Origin: Epiperipatus broadwayi
Taxonomy: Eukaryota > Animalia > Onychophora
Direction of reading: 5' to 3'
NCBI GenBank assembly: GCA_028023455.1
Contig: JAQFVV010000001.1
Coordinates: forward strand, 2,604,001 to 2,668,000
DNA length: 64,000 bases
Positions 27,955 through 41,860 of the stretch are shown here, one piece after another. The notes below the pieces were generated by a model. That model did no database searches and was not told the DNA's origin. It saw only the letters and a list, made by a program, of their open reading frames with translations. The translations under genes were made by a program, and so were the position numbers. Each line of letters opens with the position of its first letter. The stretch's first letter is position 1.

Positions 27955-28549
27955 ATATATATATATATATCAATATATGTACAACACACACACATTTGTT
28001 AATTGTTAATTTTAAAGTTTGTGTTAATTATTAATATTTTTTATATATTTTCTATGCGTATCTTTTTTATTATGTGTGTCTTAAATACTCTCTTTTATCG
28101 CACATATGTTATACATAATGAAGGGGTCTGTTAAACCATCATGGCTTTAACTAAGACATAAAAAAAAGATAAGTAAATACGTTACTATATTTATAATAAT
28201 TTTGTATATAATAAAGCAGTTCGCTTATGTTAATCAGAACATGTAGTGGCTATTCTTTATGGGATCAGGATGGGAAACATTGGTATAAAACAAATGTAAA
28301 TGCAGAATAACCACAAATGTCTAAATGAGTTCTTTCCAATTTTAAATTTTACTATCCAGATAATAATAGTCAATATAAATATGTTCATTAAAATTATTTA
28401 AATGTTAAAACACATTTCTTAGTTTATTTTTCTTTGGTTAAATTCTACTTAGTTATATCCTTATATACATATCACGATCATTAATTGCATGAATACAATG
28501 TGCTACACCCATTCCCATTAATAGGCATATATTCATTTTAAATATATTA

Positions 28550-30340
28550 TGAATTTGGTGATACAAATATTACCTAAACCTAAGGATCATATACATCTCC
28601 CTGAGCTTGAAATCTGGAATAGTGAGAGTAAACTATAATACATAGGTGATAAGTTAAGGGTAGAATTACACAGGGTTCTCTCCTTGTGGCTCTTCTGTTT
28701 GCAGTTTATATAGACCCTCTTGTTTGTAAGATTGAGAATCTTGTTCCCAGCCTTTGTCTTCCACACTTGGGATTGCAGGTAGCTGTGTCAGCATTCATTG
28801 ATGATATTATTATAATATTTCAAAACAGCTATAATATCCAAGTTGTGATGAATATCTTAGAAAATTTTCAGGCTGAAACTGGCTCAATTATTCAACCAAT
28901 AAAGTCTGCAGCCTGGCAGTTAGCTACAGGTGAAAAAATGCCATCTAACTTAATGGCACTCCCATCTGCTTTCTTGGGCATACCATTATATACGTCCAAG
29001 ACTAAAATGAACACTTACTTGAATAAATTAATTATTAAAAAAATTGAAGATGAAATAAGTAATTTTTCATCACTTAAATTATATGAAATTATAAGAGCGT
29101 TAATTTTTAATTCCATTATTTCAGGGATTTTGGCATACTGTGCACCCTGGGTAACCCTACATAACAAAACAATACTCAGAATAAACCAGATTGCAAAGAA
29201 ATATGTCTGGGGTAGAGCTTCAAGATGGATCTCAATATCAACCTTGCAGATGCCAATAGAAAAAGGTCTTGGCCTGATTGATCCAGAGCTATACGTATCT
29301 TACATCAAGGCAAATACATTTATTAACTTAATTAAAAGTCAATTTCTTGGGCCTTCAGTTGATCTTGCCAGCACCTTTAACAAAATAGGATGTAAAGGAA
29401 GATCTTTTATAGCTGATCTATTCATTGCTTATAGGGATCTCCAGGATGATATGAATGTGTTCAGTTTGGAAGGTATTAAATATAAAGACTTAATGAATCA
29501 TTTTAAAAGTCATGGCAATGCATGGTTGGATATATCAAAGAAAAATGTGTTGAAAAAGTTCCACTTTATATATGCACCCCAATCCTATTTGAAATTTGTT
29601 TTCAAACTAGTGAATGGCTTGTTTCCAACAACTAAGATTCTAAATGAAAGACTACATATGAATTTAGATCCAGTCTGTTTGCTGTGCAAATCTGGTAATG
29701 AGACTTTTTAGCATCTATTCGAAGAATGTTCGGCATTTAGGCAGATAAGAGCTAAAGTGTTCCACAGGCCAATCATAAACTTAAAACTTTTACTTAGTCA
29801 ACCTTGAGAAATTTAACCCTCACAATGCAATGGTGACTGTGCATACCCTTAAGACAATATGGTATATACGATGTACTATGATATTTGACAACAAGGAATT
29901 AAACTGACTGAAAAAACTCTATAGTGATTGGGAAACTTATTTCAGTCAATGTCTGAGATACTTGCCAAGGAAGATGATGAATCAAATCTGGGGTGGTCCT
30001 GGAGTAACTCTATGTGAGATTATCAGATGAACATTTGTCTTGAATAAAGGTTTAATTCTTTTGCATGGCCTATTCCTTGGGCTAATCAATCATTTTGTTA
30101 CATGCTTTGCTCATTTGAGTTGCATGTCTTAGAATCTTCTTCTAGTACAGTGATACTAGTCAATCTCCTTGAGTTTAAGATAACTAGTTAATTGCCTGCA
30201 GATTTTTTGTCTTAATAGTGGAATATATCAAATTCTTTGGGTTTTGGTATACAAAACTGTAACATATTTATCATTTGTTTAATTACTTGTATAAATTGTA
30301 AATATTTATTGTGTTAATAAAGATTTTTTATTTTAAAAAA
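28550..30340 (+). mobile_element. L1/Tx1-like LINE, 3' fragment with 3' UTR and A-rich tail
   Basis: IQILPKPKD, ITQGSLLVALLFAVYIDPL, AFIDDI, GLGLIDP, C-terminal CLLCKSGNETF*HLFEEC (CCHC knuckle); AATAAAGATTTTTT..AAAAAA near 30317-30340. Confidence 0.85.
28686..29711 (+). pseudogene. 341-aa open remnant of LINE ORF2 (RT domains 5-7 plus C-terminal domain)
   Basis: ORF track; SAFIDD motif, FLGIP, RASRWISISTLQMPIEKGLGL; a stop interrupts the zinc knuckle. Confidence 0.85.
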
Positions 30341-33300
30341 TGTTAAAGGTCAGTAGATATTTAAATATTACTCTCTTAGGTTTGAGTTTAATATTGGAAG
30401 TATGCATGAAAGTTGACAATAAAGAGACATTCTTTTTATTCATGAGAAGGAACCTACCCACTTTTGTGCACATCACTATTAGACTGCCTCATTAAATATA
30501 TATATTATTTATTCAACACTACAATTGGTAAAATATTTTTTTATATATACAACACTAATACCCATCATGATAAATATTTAAAATAACATTTCTATTATTA
30601 TTTTTGTTATATTTTTTTGTAATATAAATATTTGTATGTTAATTTATAAATATTAATTACAATAAGAAGGAAAACATAATATTTTATTGCTCATCTTAAA
30701 TGAAAACAATAAAAAAGTATTTGCTTCGAAGAGAACTCAGAATAGATAATATACCAAGCTCAAATAACTATTGACGCTGCAGCAATGAGCAGCTTCAATG
30801 GTGCTACTTACATGTGCTGATAAAAGCAAATGAATATTGGCAGAATTTAGTGAAATTTACTGAATATGATGTTTCTGGCATTATCAACATCTTTGAATAG
30901 AATCTCAAGCATTGCTTAAAATAATTATTTTTAAAAACTTATATTTACATAATAATTAGGCAAAATATTGAGTGATTGTTATATAATTGATATTTTCAAA
31001 CACAAATTTAATAATTAATTTGGAGGTGGGGGGATGCTGGACTGTCACAGTACTTAAGGACCAACCATTATTGATGCAGAATTTAAAAATATTTTTTAAT
31101 ATATAAAAATAAGTATTACACAATATTATAGGAAAATCACAATTTTTATATTTTTTGTATTTTACTTAAGTTAATTTACATAAGTAGAAAGCTGCTTATA
31201 ACTTATTTTAAAATATTATAGATTCTTTTGTTTATTATCATTTTTATAATCAAAATGAATGTAAAGATTGCTATATTTTTTAAAAATTTGTATCTATGAA
31301 AAATATTATTAATTTTTATTTTATAACTTTTGCATCTTTTTTTTTTTTTTTTACTTTAATGGAACTCTAAATATTGAGATAATCAATTCATCATAACATT
31401 TTACTATAATGATTTATTAGTTCTTTTACTTCTTCTGCCTATCAATTAATTTTAAATAGATTTGATCAGTTTTCTAAATTTTTTATATTAATTTTGTGTC
31501 ACATTCCACTTTTTAATATTTCATGAAATAATTTTATATTCACCAAAGAAATTTTTTTTGATTGTTGATAACAGAAATGAAGCTGTTTTCGCCTAAATAT
31601 CTCCTATGTATTTTCCCTCTACATATCGTTTTTTAACATTTGTATATTTTTGTTTTAAGAGTATTCCAAAATATTTTTTTTTTGTAAATGAATAATTTAT
31701 TTTTTCTATAAATATCATGAAATTATTTTTTCTTTATATTTTTTATATTTCTCTATTTTATCTCCCCCCCCCTTCCAAAGATATTCATATTCCATATTTC
31801 TATTGTTTTTGGTTTTTTTTTTTTTAATTTTAAGCATCTTCCTCATAATGTAGAATAAGGCAGGCATAATGTTTGCTATTCCTGTGATCAGAAACGTTTG
31901 AAAAGTTGTTTTTTTTATTTTCCACTAAATCATTTTTAGTTTATTTTTTTCATTTTGCCCTGCCTTTAAACTAAATTCTCAATTAACATAACTAATATCT
32001 ATTTCCATTTGTAAATACAACCTATATGATTTTTAAACGTTAGACTAGTATCATCTTCAATCTCAATTTTTAAATTTTATTTTTTCTCAGACCTCTTTTT
32101 TTTTTTTAAACTTTATTTGTCGCTATTATGATACATTTCTGTAACTGCATTAGAGTGAGTTTGGATTACCTTATATCATTTCAGAACTCCATTAATTATC
32201 TTGAACTAAATCCTTTTTTTTTTATCCTATATTAATTTTGAAGTGTAACTTTATTCTCAATATATCTAACTTTTCATTTTAAGTTTTAATGATAATATAT
32301 TTCCCTGACAGATTAAAATTTCATGATTATATAAATATGTATACAAACATAAAATAGTCATAAAACTTTACACCGTATAAACTAGGGATTATATAATTAG
32401 AGGAATAGGAGATTCCATTTGGGTAATACTGTTACTGCAGAAGAATAAAATATATAAGAATTAAAAATCTAATAGATAAAATAGGATTATATCTGCTTCA
32501 TATATTGAGAAGATTTGAGTTATAGAAAAAGACTATTATATATAGGCCTTCTATCAAAAATATGTAATTATTGATCATGAAAAATTTTCTTATATTATAC
32601 AGAGTTATAATTTAAAATTAGCTGTCGTCATTGTTATTAGTTATTTGTTAACCATTATTTTATTTTATTAAAAAAGCGATAATAAATTTAATAAATTGCC
32701 TTTCATTTTGAAAGCGTATACATTAATATGTCTATGTGGGTGGTTAAGACTTATAAACTTTGTTTTAACCTTAAAGGCAGTAAAATTTTAAAAGTTTTAA
32801 TTATTATTTTATTATTCACTTGAGATTTTATAATTTGTTTTAGCCATTCTTTTTCTGCTTGTAATCTACTGATAACAACTTTTTTAGGTATGGATATGAA
32901 TAATTATGATAAATATATATTTCATACTATTTAAGATCTTGCCTGTTTTTGTACATACACACATGTATATACAAAGAGAACATCTGCAAATTTTTATATA
33001 TATTAAGATATTAAATGTAATAGAGAGTATATGTATTCACCTTTTAGTATATGAAATTGTAGAATCTCTTAATACAAATAATGTTAAAATAGTGAAGTGT
33101 ATTACAATTTTGGGCATGCACCAACATTTTGCCCACAAACAGCATATTTTAGAATAATGTTTTCATTTTTGTTTTAATTTAAAACATATACCATTTGTCA
33201 TAATTATAAATAATAATAAGGTGCAAAGTCAACCTAATATGATTATGCATAATGTATGAAAACCACTAATCAACTTTGCTCTTAGAAAAAAGTAAGAAAT

Positions 33301-33351
33301 CAGGAGAAACCTCATAGATAAATATATGAAATTTCTACTGACTGTTGCTTT

Positions 33352-33430
33352 GACAGGATGGCTCAGTTGATTAGAGTGTTACCTTAAAATTCAATATTCA
33401 AGAATCTTAGGGTTCAGCTTCAATTTGCAC
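33352..33430 (+). mobile_element. Degenerate tRNA-like SINE head
   Basis: A-box-like TGGCTCAGTTGATTAGAG and B-box-like GGTTCAGCTTC with tRNA-like spacing. Confidence 0.4.
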
Positions 33431-34199
33431 GTTAGTACTGTCACTGGTCAGACCAGAAACACCTGAAGAAGAGAGGAGAATAATACTTTTTGAAATGTGT
33501 ATGTACTAACCTGTGTGCTATTACTAACAGTTGAATGTAATTGGAATATTTAAATAAAGTTAAATTTTTCTAAAGACATTCAATACTTAGTATTAGATGA
33601 TGGAAATTTTCAATATATAAATATAACCAAAATTTTTATTTCTCCCCTTTATGAACTATACGACAAGATATTACTTTGTAAAGCGTGATTTGCAGAACAC
33701 AAATCCTTGTTAGCATGAACTATTTTTTTCTACTATTATGTTATGAAAAATTTGGATCTTGGGCTTATTTTTTAATCCATTGATATTATAAATGATCTTT
33801 TCTGATTAGATTATAAAATTTGCTTTATGTTTTTGTCATAATATTTTTTATTTATAAGTGAATTATACATATATTTTATAATATAACATTTAATGGATAA
33901 TCAGATAAAAATATTTTAGTATATGGAATTTTCCATTTATAATTATTTAATTAGAAAGTTCTTGCTAAAACAATACCCAATCAATATTAACTGCCCAAGG
34001 CAGAGAGAGAAAGTAAATCTATCAGTAATAATGCAATCAAAAGGGATTCCTATTTTGATCACTGCTCATGGATTAATATAAAGACAAAGCATATATGGGT
34101 GTAATAAATCAAAGTATCACAAAACTTTTTGATTTTCTTACTTTTGTAATAAATCTTACTTTTGTAATAAACTTCTGGTAGATCATATATATATATTCA

Positions 34200-34830
34200 C
34201 ACTCTAAGCTTCCTACAACTATTCATTTTATCTTATACAACTGACACACATGACCACATACAAGGGAGAAAAACAAATGATCTCCAATTTCCATATTTTA
34301 TGCTTAACCACTCTCATCAATTGGTCCATATTATCACCTCCCACACACACACACACTCACGCGCACACACACACACATATATATATATATTAGTCCTCAG
34401 TTTGTATTAAGATAGTAAATCTTTAAACTTTAATGGACAGACTTTAATCTCCTCCATCTTACAACTCCTTAGCCATTTATATCATTGTAAATCTGATGAT
34501 CGAACCCTGAATGCTTTTATTCCTGGCTGAAGAATTTGAAGATGGATAAGATTGAAGCCTGTTCATTAAGGTATAAAGATTTTCTATCTTAATATAAACT
34601 GACCATTGACTATATATGTGTGTGGAAGATGATCTGGACCAACTGATGGGTGCTATTTCAGCATGAAATATGTATATTGATCATTTATCTTTTTCATATA
34701 TATGTGGTCCTGTGAGTCAGTTTTATAAAATAAAGTGGATAGCTGTAGAGAGCTTGAAAGTTTGAGCTCAGATTCCTTCTAATTACATTAAATTCAGTAT
34801 AGACAAAAATTTTGTATTTAAATATTATAT
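34200..34830. mobile_element. Fold-back pair of the HHR-bearing repeat, locus 2
   Basis: Reverse arm ~34200-34510 (degenerate HHR at ~34285-34327) and forward arm ~34530-34830 with HHR ACCAA-CTGATGG-GTGCT-ATTTC-AGCAT-GAAA-TATGTATA-TTGAT at 34638-34681. Confidence 0.8.
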
Positions 34831-35358
34831 ATATAATTACATTTTCTTATTCTGTCATTCTAAATATTATTTTATATAGAGAAAGAGAGAAATGTTGACT
34901 TTAGACATATGTATATATGGTTTCTAATATTCATTTCTATTTAATCAATGCTCTCGTTTAGGCCATTGATTTCTAACTATTTTAATTCTAGAAACCATTA
35001 GAACATTGTTGACCATATAAATGAAAATAAGTATTTCTAAAAAAATATATGATGTGGCACAAGAGTCATAAAAGTGAATGGTTAAAAATAGAGACTGTTA
35101 TGCATTATGTAAATAGTTGTGTGGATTTATTGTATCTGATCTTTATTAAATTTAAAGTTTGTATCTATAGTTTTAAGAATATGTAGTAATTTTTAGTCTA
35201 ATACAAATAAGTAAATAAATTATTTATATATTTATTGAAGGGAGATTATTATAAACAAGTGATTGCTAAAATATAGAATGTACATAATATAAATTCACAG
35301 ATTTAACAAAAATCACAAAACATTTCTCATGTTTTCATCATCATATAGCACTAAAATT

Positions 35359-35388
35359 TATATATATATATATATATATTTATATATA

Positions 35389-35445
<57 letters not shown>
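35359..35445. repeat. Interrupted (TA)n microsatellite
   Basis: Direct reading. Confidence 0.95.
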
Positions 35446-35447
<2 letters not shown>

Positions 35448-38400
35448 TATAACATTCCTTTTATAAATAGAAGCCAAATGAAAAGGTAAAAAGTATCTGA
35501 CAGAAAGTTGAGATGTTAGAAAAACAGTCTTATATGAGTTTAAAAGAGATCACATTATTAGTATCTGATCAGTTGAAGAAATTGTATCCAAAATTATTGG
35601 ATTATTTAATGTTTCAAGGTTAATGGTGGCAGAAAGGATGTTTGCATTCACTAAAAATGAAAATGGCAAACTTATAGAGTCATATGTAATCAAAAGTCAA
35701 TGATAATCTAAGAGGGATTAAGTTACATGAAAGTTTGTGGGCAAATGTATATAATTCAATAGAATCTATTGCAAATTTCATAAGAAGAACATTTATGATG
35801 AAGATAATGTCTCAGATCCACTAATTTTTGATGTGAAGTGTATTGTGTAGAAATGGTGATTTCATGAACATCTGAACCATTTATGACTACAGCTATGCCA
35901 TTCTTTCAGACAATATTATGTACATATTTCTTAACCAATAAATATATTTGATGAACACCAAATTAAGTCTATGAATCAAACTACCTTTTCTCAAATGCAT
36001 GAAAATTATGTATTATTTTGGTATAATTATTATTCTGTATGTCTATATCATAGCTGTACACTATATGAGCAATTTGCAAACTAGGTTTTTAAATAATGTT
36101 AATTTCAAGATTGGAATCTTTAAATTTATAAAGAATACAAATTAAAATATTGATTTGAAGAGCAAGAGAAAGATTTTACATATCTCTCGTGGTATTTCAT
36201 GATTAAGGAGGCAAGAGAAGGTGGATGATATGAAAACTTAGTGAAGAATAAGTCATGGGCACAGAGGCCATTTTAGAACAATGGGTGAGAAATTTAATAG
36301 CTAACATTTTTGAAAACTAAAGACATTTTTATTTATTTTTTCTCAAGAAATTATTTTAATTTTTATTTTATATTGAAAGCACATATTTTGGTGATAATGA
36401 TCATTAACATCATTATAAAAATATAATCACAAGTGCTTAAGTTAGTCTATATATCCTGAATGTGAGTGTGCAAATACACAGGGAAGTACATAGTATCCAA
36501 AATTGCATGTCAAAATTTTAGTTACTTCTCATTTATTAAGTCAATAGTAATTGGATTCCAAGAAATGGAAGATTCAGGTTTAATTTTATGTTTTTCTTAT
36601 AAAAAGATCAAATTTTTAAATAAAAAACAATGAAAGGGTAGAAAACTAAATGTGACAAAATTATGTTGTTATATAGAAAATTATGCCATTATTTTCTATT
36701 TGAAAATCCCTATTCACTTATAGAATTATGGCATGTTTCCTGACAAATTTTTTGCTACATTTTTAAATTAGATTTTGTCAGACTTTATAAAGTTACATCT
36801 GAGCCTCTTTTCTGAAATCCAATAACTATTACACTGAAGAAAATATTTGTTATATTATTAAAACATCAATAAACTATTATATATTATGCACAGCCACACT
36901 AATAACCAAGAAATGTCTTACTATCCATACATTTGAAAAAACACTTGATATTTGTTATAATAATTTTGATAAAGTTAATTTCTTATATACAAAAATTTAT
37001 CTTTCTTTATAAAAAAAAATTATTCCAAATAAATATTTCAGTATCAATTTGAGAATTTTTTTTGGGTCATTATATTTACTTTATTGATATAAGGAGCTTC
37101 ATTTTATGACAGAGTTTTTCACATCAGAGCTCATTCAAGTTTATGATGAGCCTGAAGAACAGAAATGATAAACTAAACATAGTATGTTCTGCAAATAGCA
37201 AACAATAACATACTATTATCAGATAATCAAATATTATCACTTAGTTTTAAAAGCTTATTATTTCCATACTTAAATTTTCTACCAGACAGAAGTCTTAGTA
37301 CATATATAATTGATAGGGGAAAAGGAGGGCGGGGGAGTAGTAACGAATTTTATCATCTATTGTTAAATTATCAATTTTTGATACTTTAAATATTCAACAT
37401 TAAAACGATTTTTTTTTCTTGATTTACTGTATGCTCAAATGCAAAAACACACGTTTTAATTTAGAACTTAGTGATTATCTATAAATAAATTTTGAATAAT
37501 TTGAAAAACTATATACACCCATAGATTAATTGAAAGATATAATATCTATAGATTTTAGAAGAAAAAATGAAACAAATTTATAATAATAATGTGTTTCACA
37601 AGCCAAAGGCCAGACTCAGAATAAGTTGTCATGAAAAGAAAGACAAAATCTCTCTCTTGCATTGACAAATTAGCTGTCACAGATTTTGTTTACCAGCCCA
37701 TTTAAACCATGAGGAAATATTTATAAGAATAATGGTTTTGAAAATAAAACGGGTTTAAATAAATATATATTATAATCGATACAGCCATTTGAATTATATA
37801 TGTACATATGTAGAAACTACAATTAAGGCTCTTGTAATTAATATACAGATGTGGACTTCTGAAAAAATAGCCCAATGGTTCCTAATAAAAATTATTAATT
37901 ATAATTTTTTTAGCAATGTAAGATAATGAGTATAAATAAAAGGGATAAATGCTTAATAAAAGCAGACATAGTATATACATATATAGAGCATTGTGGATAT
38001 GTATCTTTAATGAATTTAAAGCTTATACATAAGTTTAAAAAATATAGTAATTTATTATCTAATAAAAAGTAATTAACAATATTAAAGGATGGTATTAAAA
38101 AATTAATATTTGATAAAAATATAATAATTGTAGATTTATATAAAATTGATATTTTTACTACGTAAATTAGGATCAAATATGCATTAATTATAAATATTTT
38201 AGCCTTGCAATGCGATAATTTTGATTTATTATTCAGATGATTTGATTTGGAAGATGGTTGTAAAAGACGTTTTTTTGTCTGAGAGAACATCTATAAGGCT
38301 GAAATAAAAAGAAGTAAAAAATGAGAAACGAGTAACCGTAGGTTTATTAAAAGAATTTAACGAAGTATTTGCCAAAACGTCAAATGAATTAAATAAAATT

Positions 38401-39099
38401 TAGATCCAAGATAAGATCACATTTCCAATTTGGGTTAGTTTTAATATCTGATGACAAGAAAATATAAAGACATTTAGCTCAACACATTTAGTAATGAAAT
38501 TAGATATGGTAGAAATCTTTAAATATACTCACTTGTATCAAGTATGAACTCTACTAATTTATTAATTAAGCATTTGATCAGAGAAAGTGAAGATAAAGAG
38601 GGTTTCATCAGAATGGAAATTCTGATTGTAATCTTGCACATAGGTGGTAGCAACTTCACCATTTTATAATTAGTAAGTATTTAAGTAAGAATTACCCTAC
38701 ATGTTATTACAAAATAGAGTTGAAAATTCATAATTTGAGTCATCAAATAGAAATAATAAAAAAATTGAATATATTAATTAGAGCAATGAAACACAGTGAC
38801 ACACCCTATAGAAAACTCATTGTAAAATAGTAGCTGTTTTTGTAATAGCTGATTTCTGAATTGTAAACTATGAAAAAATACAAGCTTCTTATTATAATAA
38901 TTTATTGATGATCCAAAATTTCTTATTATAACTGATGTATAATCATAGAAAGATTTTGATTAGAAATGCTTTCTTAAGTAGTTATTTCTTTCTCAAGTTA
39001 GACATTCATTTAGAATGTATGAATTTAAATAATTTAGAATGATTAGGAAATGAAATGTATATAAGGCAATGAAAAATATTGAATATTGTAGGACTGTAA

Positions 39100-40250
39100 G
39101 AAGTTTGATAGAGTTTTGTGTAGCTTAAGATGTTAGAAGTGAAAATATCAAGGAAGGAAAAATACAAATATTGAGATATGTAATTATAGGTAGCTATAAT
39201 CAAAATATATCTCATTCATTTTTCCTAAACATTTCAGTACTACTCTCAACTTTATTTACACTCATTACATTGATGATGTGTTTGTTTCCAGATCTGAAAC
39301 ATCCATCATTAATATTCACTTGGACCTCCAGGCGCATTCCTCTCTATTGTTTACTATTACTTGGGAAGACTTGCAAAATGAGATTAAATATTTGGACATC
39401 TACATATGAGATGCAGGTCAACTAAACTACACTATGTGTATTAAACCTTTGGAGATTAGAGGATTCACACACCCTAAATTAAACTCTCTACACACACACA
39501 AATTTGCAGGTCTTTCATCATTCCTTTTTCATATTTATCACTTATGTAAATTTGAAATCACCAACAAGATTAACATAGAACAATATATAAAAGATCTTAT
39601 TAATATTGCAAGAATGGTGAAACAATTTTACCAGAGATTACATAATAACCTTTTCAAAGATGACTTCTTCTTTCACACATCCATTCCCTTACTAAAGCAT
39701 TTATTAAAACCCTCTCTCTTTCTTTCAAGCTCAGTGTTTGTACCCCCCCCACACACACATTCAATCAATAGATTAATCAACAATCCAAGAGACCACCTAC
39801 CCACTAATCAGACTGCTCACACAGTGTACAAGATCACATGCCCCAAACCAGCTGCAGTACTATGGTGAATCCTGCACATCTTTTTCCCACTCGTGTCTCT
39901 CAGCACTGTTATTTATACAAAAGAGCTCTGAATAAACCTGAATATAATTCCATATTTTTAGAATTTCAAAGCTCCACTGATCATATATTTGAACCATCTT
40001 CTGCTTTCATTGCATGCATAGAATACCATGACTCTAGGCATAAAATCAAAGATGCGTGACTTATAACTAATAACATCTGCAGTATAAACTGGAAAAAAGC
40101 ATGCTTCACTTTTTCCAAAAAGTGGAATTTCTAATCTGCTTTGCATATATTTAAATATTTTCCACATACATTTTCTATCATGCACACACAGCCCATTTTC
40201 TATAATTATGAGAATATAAAACTTATTGAAAGTGCTCAGCCAATTAATAT
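39100..40250 (+). mobile_element. Penelope-like element, 3' part (RT plus GIY-YIG endonuclease), decayed
   Basis: HYIDDVFV at 39266-39277, NEIKYLDIYI, CIKP..GFTH; then RDHLPTNQTAHTVYKITC, LQYYGES, PTRVSQH, TDHIFEPSSAFIACIEYHDSRHKIKDA, matching the PLE GIY-YIG pattern across frameshifts. Confidence 0.85.
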
Positions 40251-41184
40251 TACAATTTGTACTTAGCTTCACCATTGCCTGCATTTTAGTACATTTAGAT
40301 ATGTTTATTTATCATATAAATGAAAAAGAAATCTGGAATAAAATTCATTCTAGTCACCATGTATTGAACATTTCTGGTGAAAAAATTGACAAATCAATGT
40401 ATAATATGTATACATTTTAAGTAATAAACCACCATCAGTTGTGTTAAATTTTATGATCTACCACAAATGCACTAAATACATTTCATTCTATTGTTAGTGC
40501 CCTAAGATCACCTACTCAGGCTTTAGAAAAATACGTGACAATCAAATACAAGCAATCATTCCATTTGTGAAATTCTATTAAAAAATTTAGTCTTTTTTTT
40601 TTCTGTTTTTAATTATTTAAAAAACAACATTATTATCAACTATGTACCTCATTGTTCACTAACATATTAGTTAATGTTTTTGCCAATTTATTTATGGAAT
40701 TATTCAAAGCATGAGTTTTATATTTCACATATTACAAATTATCTTCCTGGTTTAGATACATAGTATTCAATTTTTATTTTCTATGTGATGATTAATGAAT
40801 ATAGTCTTAAGACTTCATCTCATCTACATCTAGTTCAAGATCTTTTCTATGGTTGGATTGCTATTTAGATGGGTTTTTTAATGAAGATATTCTCAGAAAG
40901 AAATCAAACATATTCATCATGCTTTAATAATAAATGTTATAAAAGCATTACTATAAACAGAGACATGCATCATATTTAAAACTTCACAAAATGTAAAAGT
41001 ACTTCTATAAGAAAGGGCATGGACATATATTTATTATATAAAAAGTAACAGATAAAATTGGATGCCACTGAACAAAAATTTAATAATATTCTGATTCTAA
41101 TTAAACCTGAATATATAATCTCTTTTGAGATAAAGGAGTCTATAAAATTTATTATGAAATATGCCAGCTCTCTCTCTCACCCCC

Positions 41185-41287
<103 letters not shown>

Positions 41288-41339
41288 TAAGCAATCATCA
41301 CATCAGTGCTAGAAGAGATGGGCATGCTAAAGTATTAAA

Positions 41340-41560
41340 GATTATTTATTATTTTCAGTGCTTGGTCTCCACACTTTAGACACCGAATCATCATATAGAC
41401 TTCTCTGAAACCAAAATCCTAGAGATGCAACAATTATCATTAAAAAAGACATAAGAGAATTTTGAAAAGATCAAATTATATTAATAAATATAATAAAACA
41501 GGCAAACTATCATCTATATGGAAGAGTTTGTTATACAAAGTAATAAACCATTCAAATAAA
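41340..41560 (+). mobile_element. Penelope-like GIY-YIG C-terminal fragment
   Basis: TPNHHIDFSETKILEMQQLSLKKT*E...LSSIWKSLL. Confidence 0.6.
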
Positions 41561-41773
41561 TTTAAGTCTAACTAATTGGTCTTCATCACCTCAAGTTTGA
41601 TCATTACTTTTTGTTAATTTTTTATTTTGGTGAAACAGAAAGCGCGATTAGTGTTCTATTTTGTTTTATGATTTTATGTACGCTTTTATATTTTTTCTAG
41701 ATCTTTGCAATGATCACATAAAAGCACTTTATCCAGTGGAAGGCAAATCTTATTTTTCTTGAAACATTTGTAC

Positions 41774-41860
41774 TTATATATTTGAATATTTTGCATGATT
41801 GAATAGAAAGTTATATATATATTTGAATATTTTGCATGATTGAATAGAAAGTTATATATA
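41774..41860 (+). repeat. 41-bp tandem duplication
   Basis: TTTGAATATTTTGCATGATTGAATAGAAAGTTATATA at 41781 and 41822. Confidence 0.95.

Noticed and set aside
31400-32400. T-rich stretch possibly a minus-strand LINE relic (also 13560-13990 and 42700-43800)
   Set aside because: Only isolated, ambiguous motif fragments; cannot be supported.
37850-38420. Protein-like pieces (MWTSEKIAQWF; LLKEFNEVFAKTSNEL) and a 126-aa minus-strand ORF
   Set aside because: Could not be spliced in consistent phase or assigned to a family; the minus ORF is low-complexity I/L/F/N.
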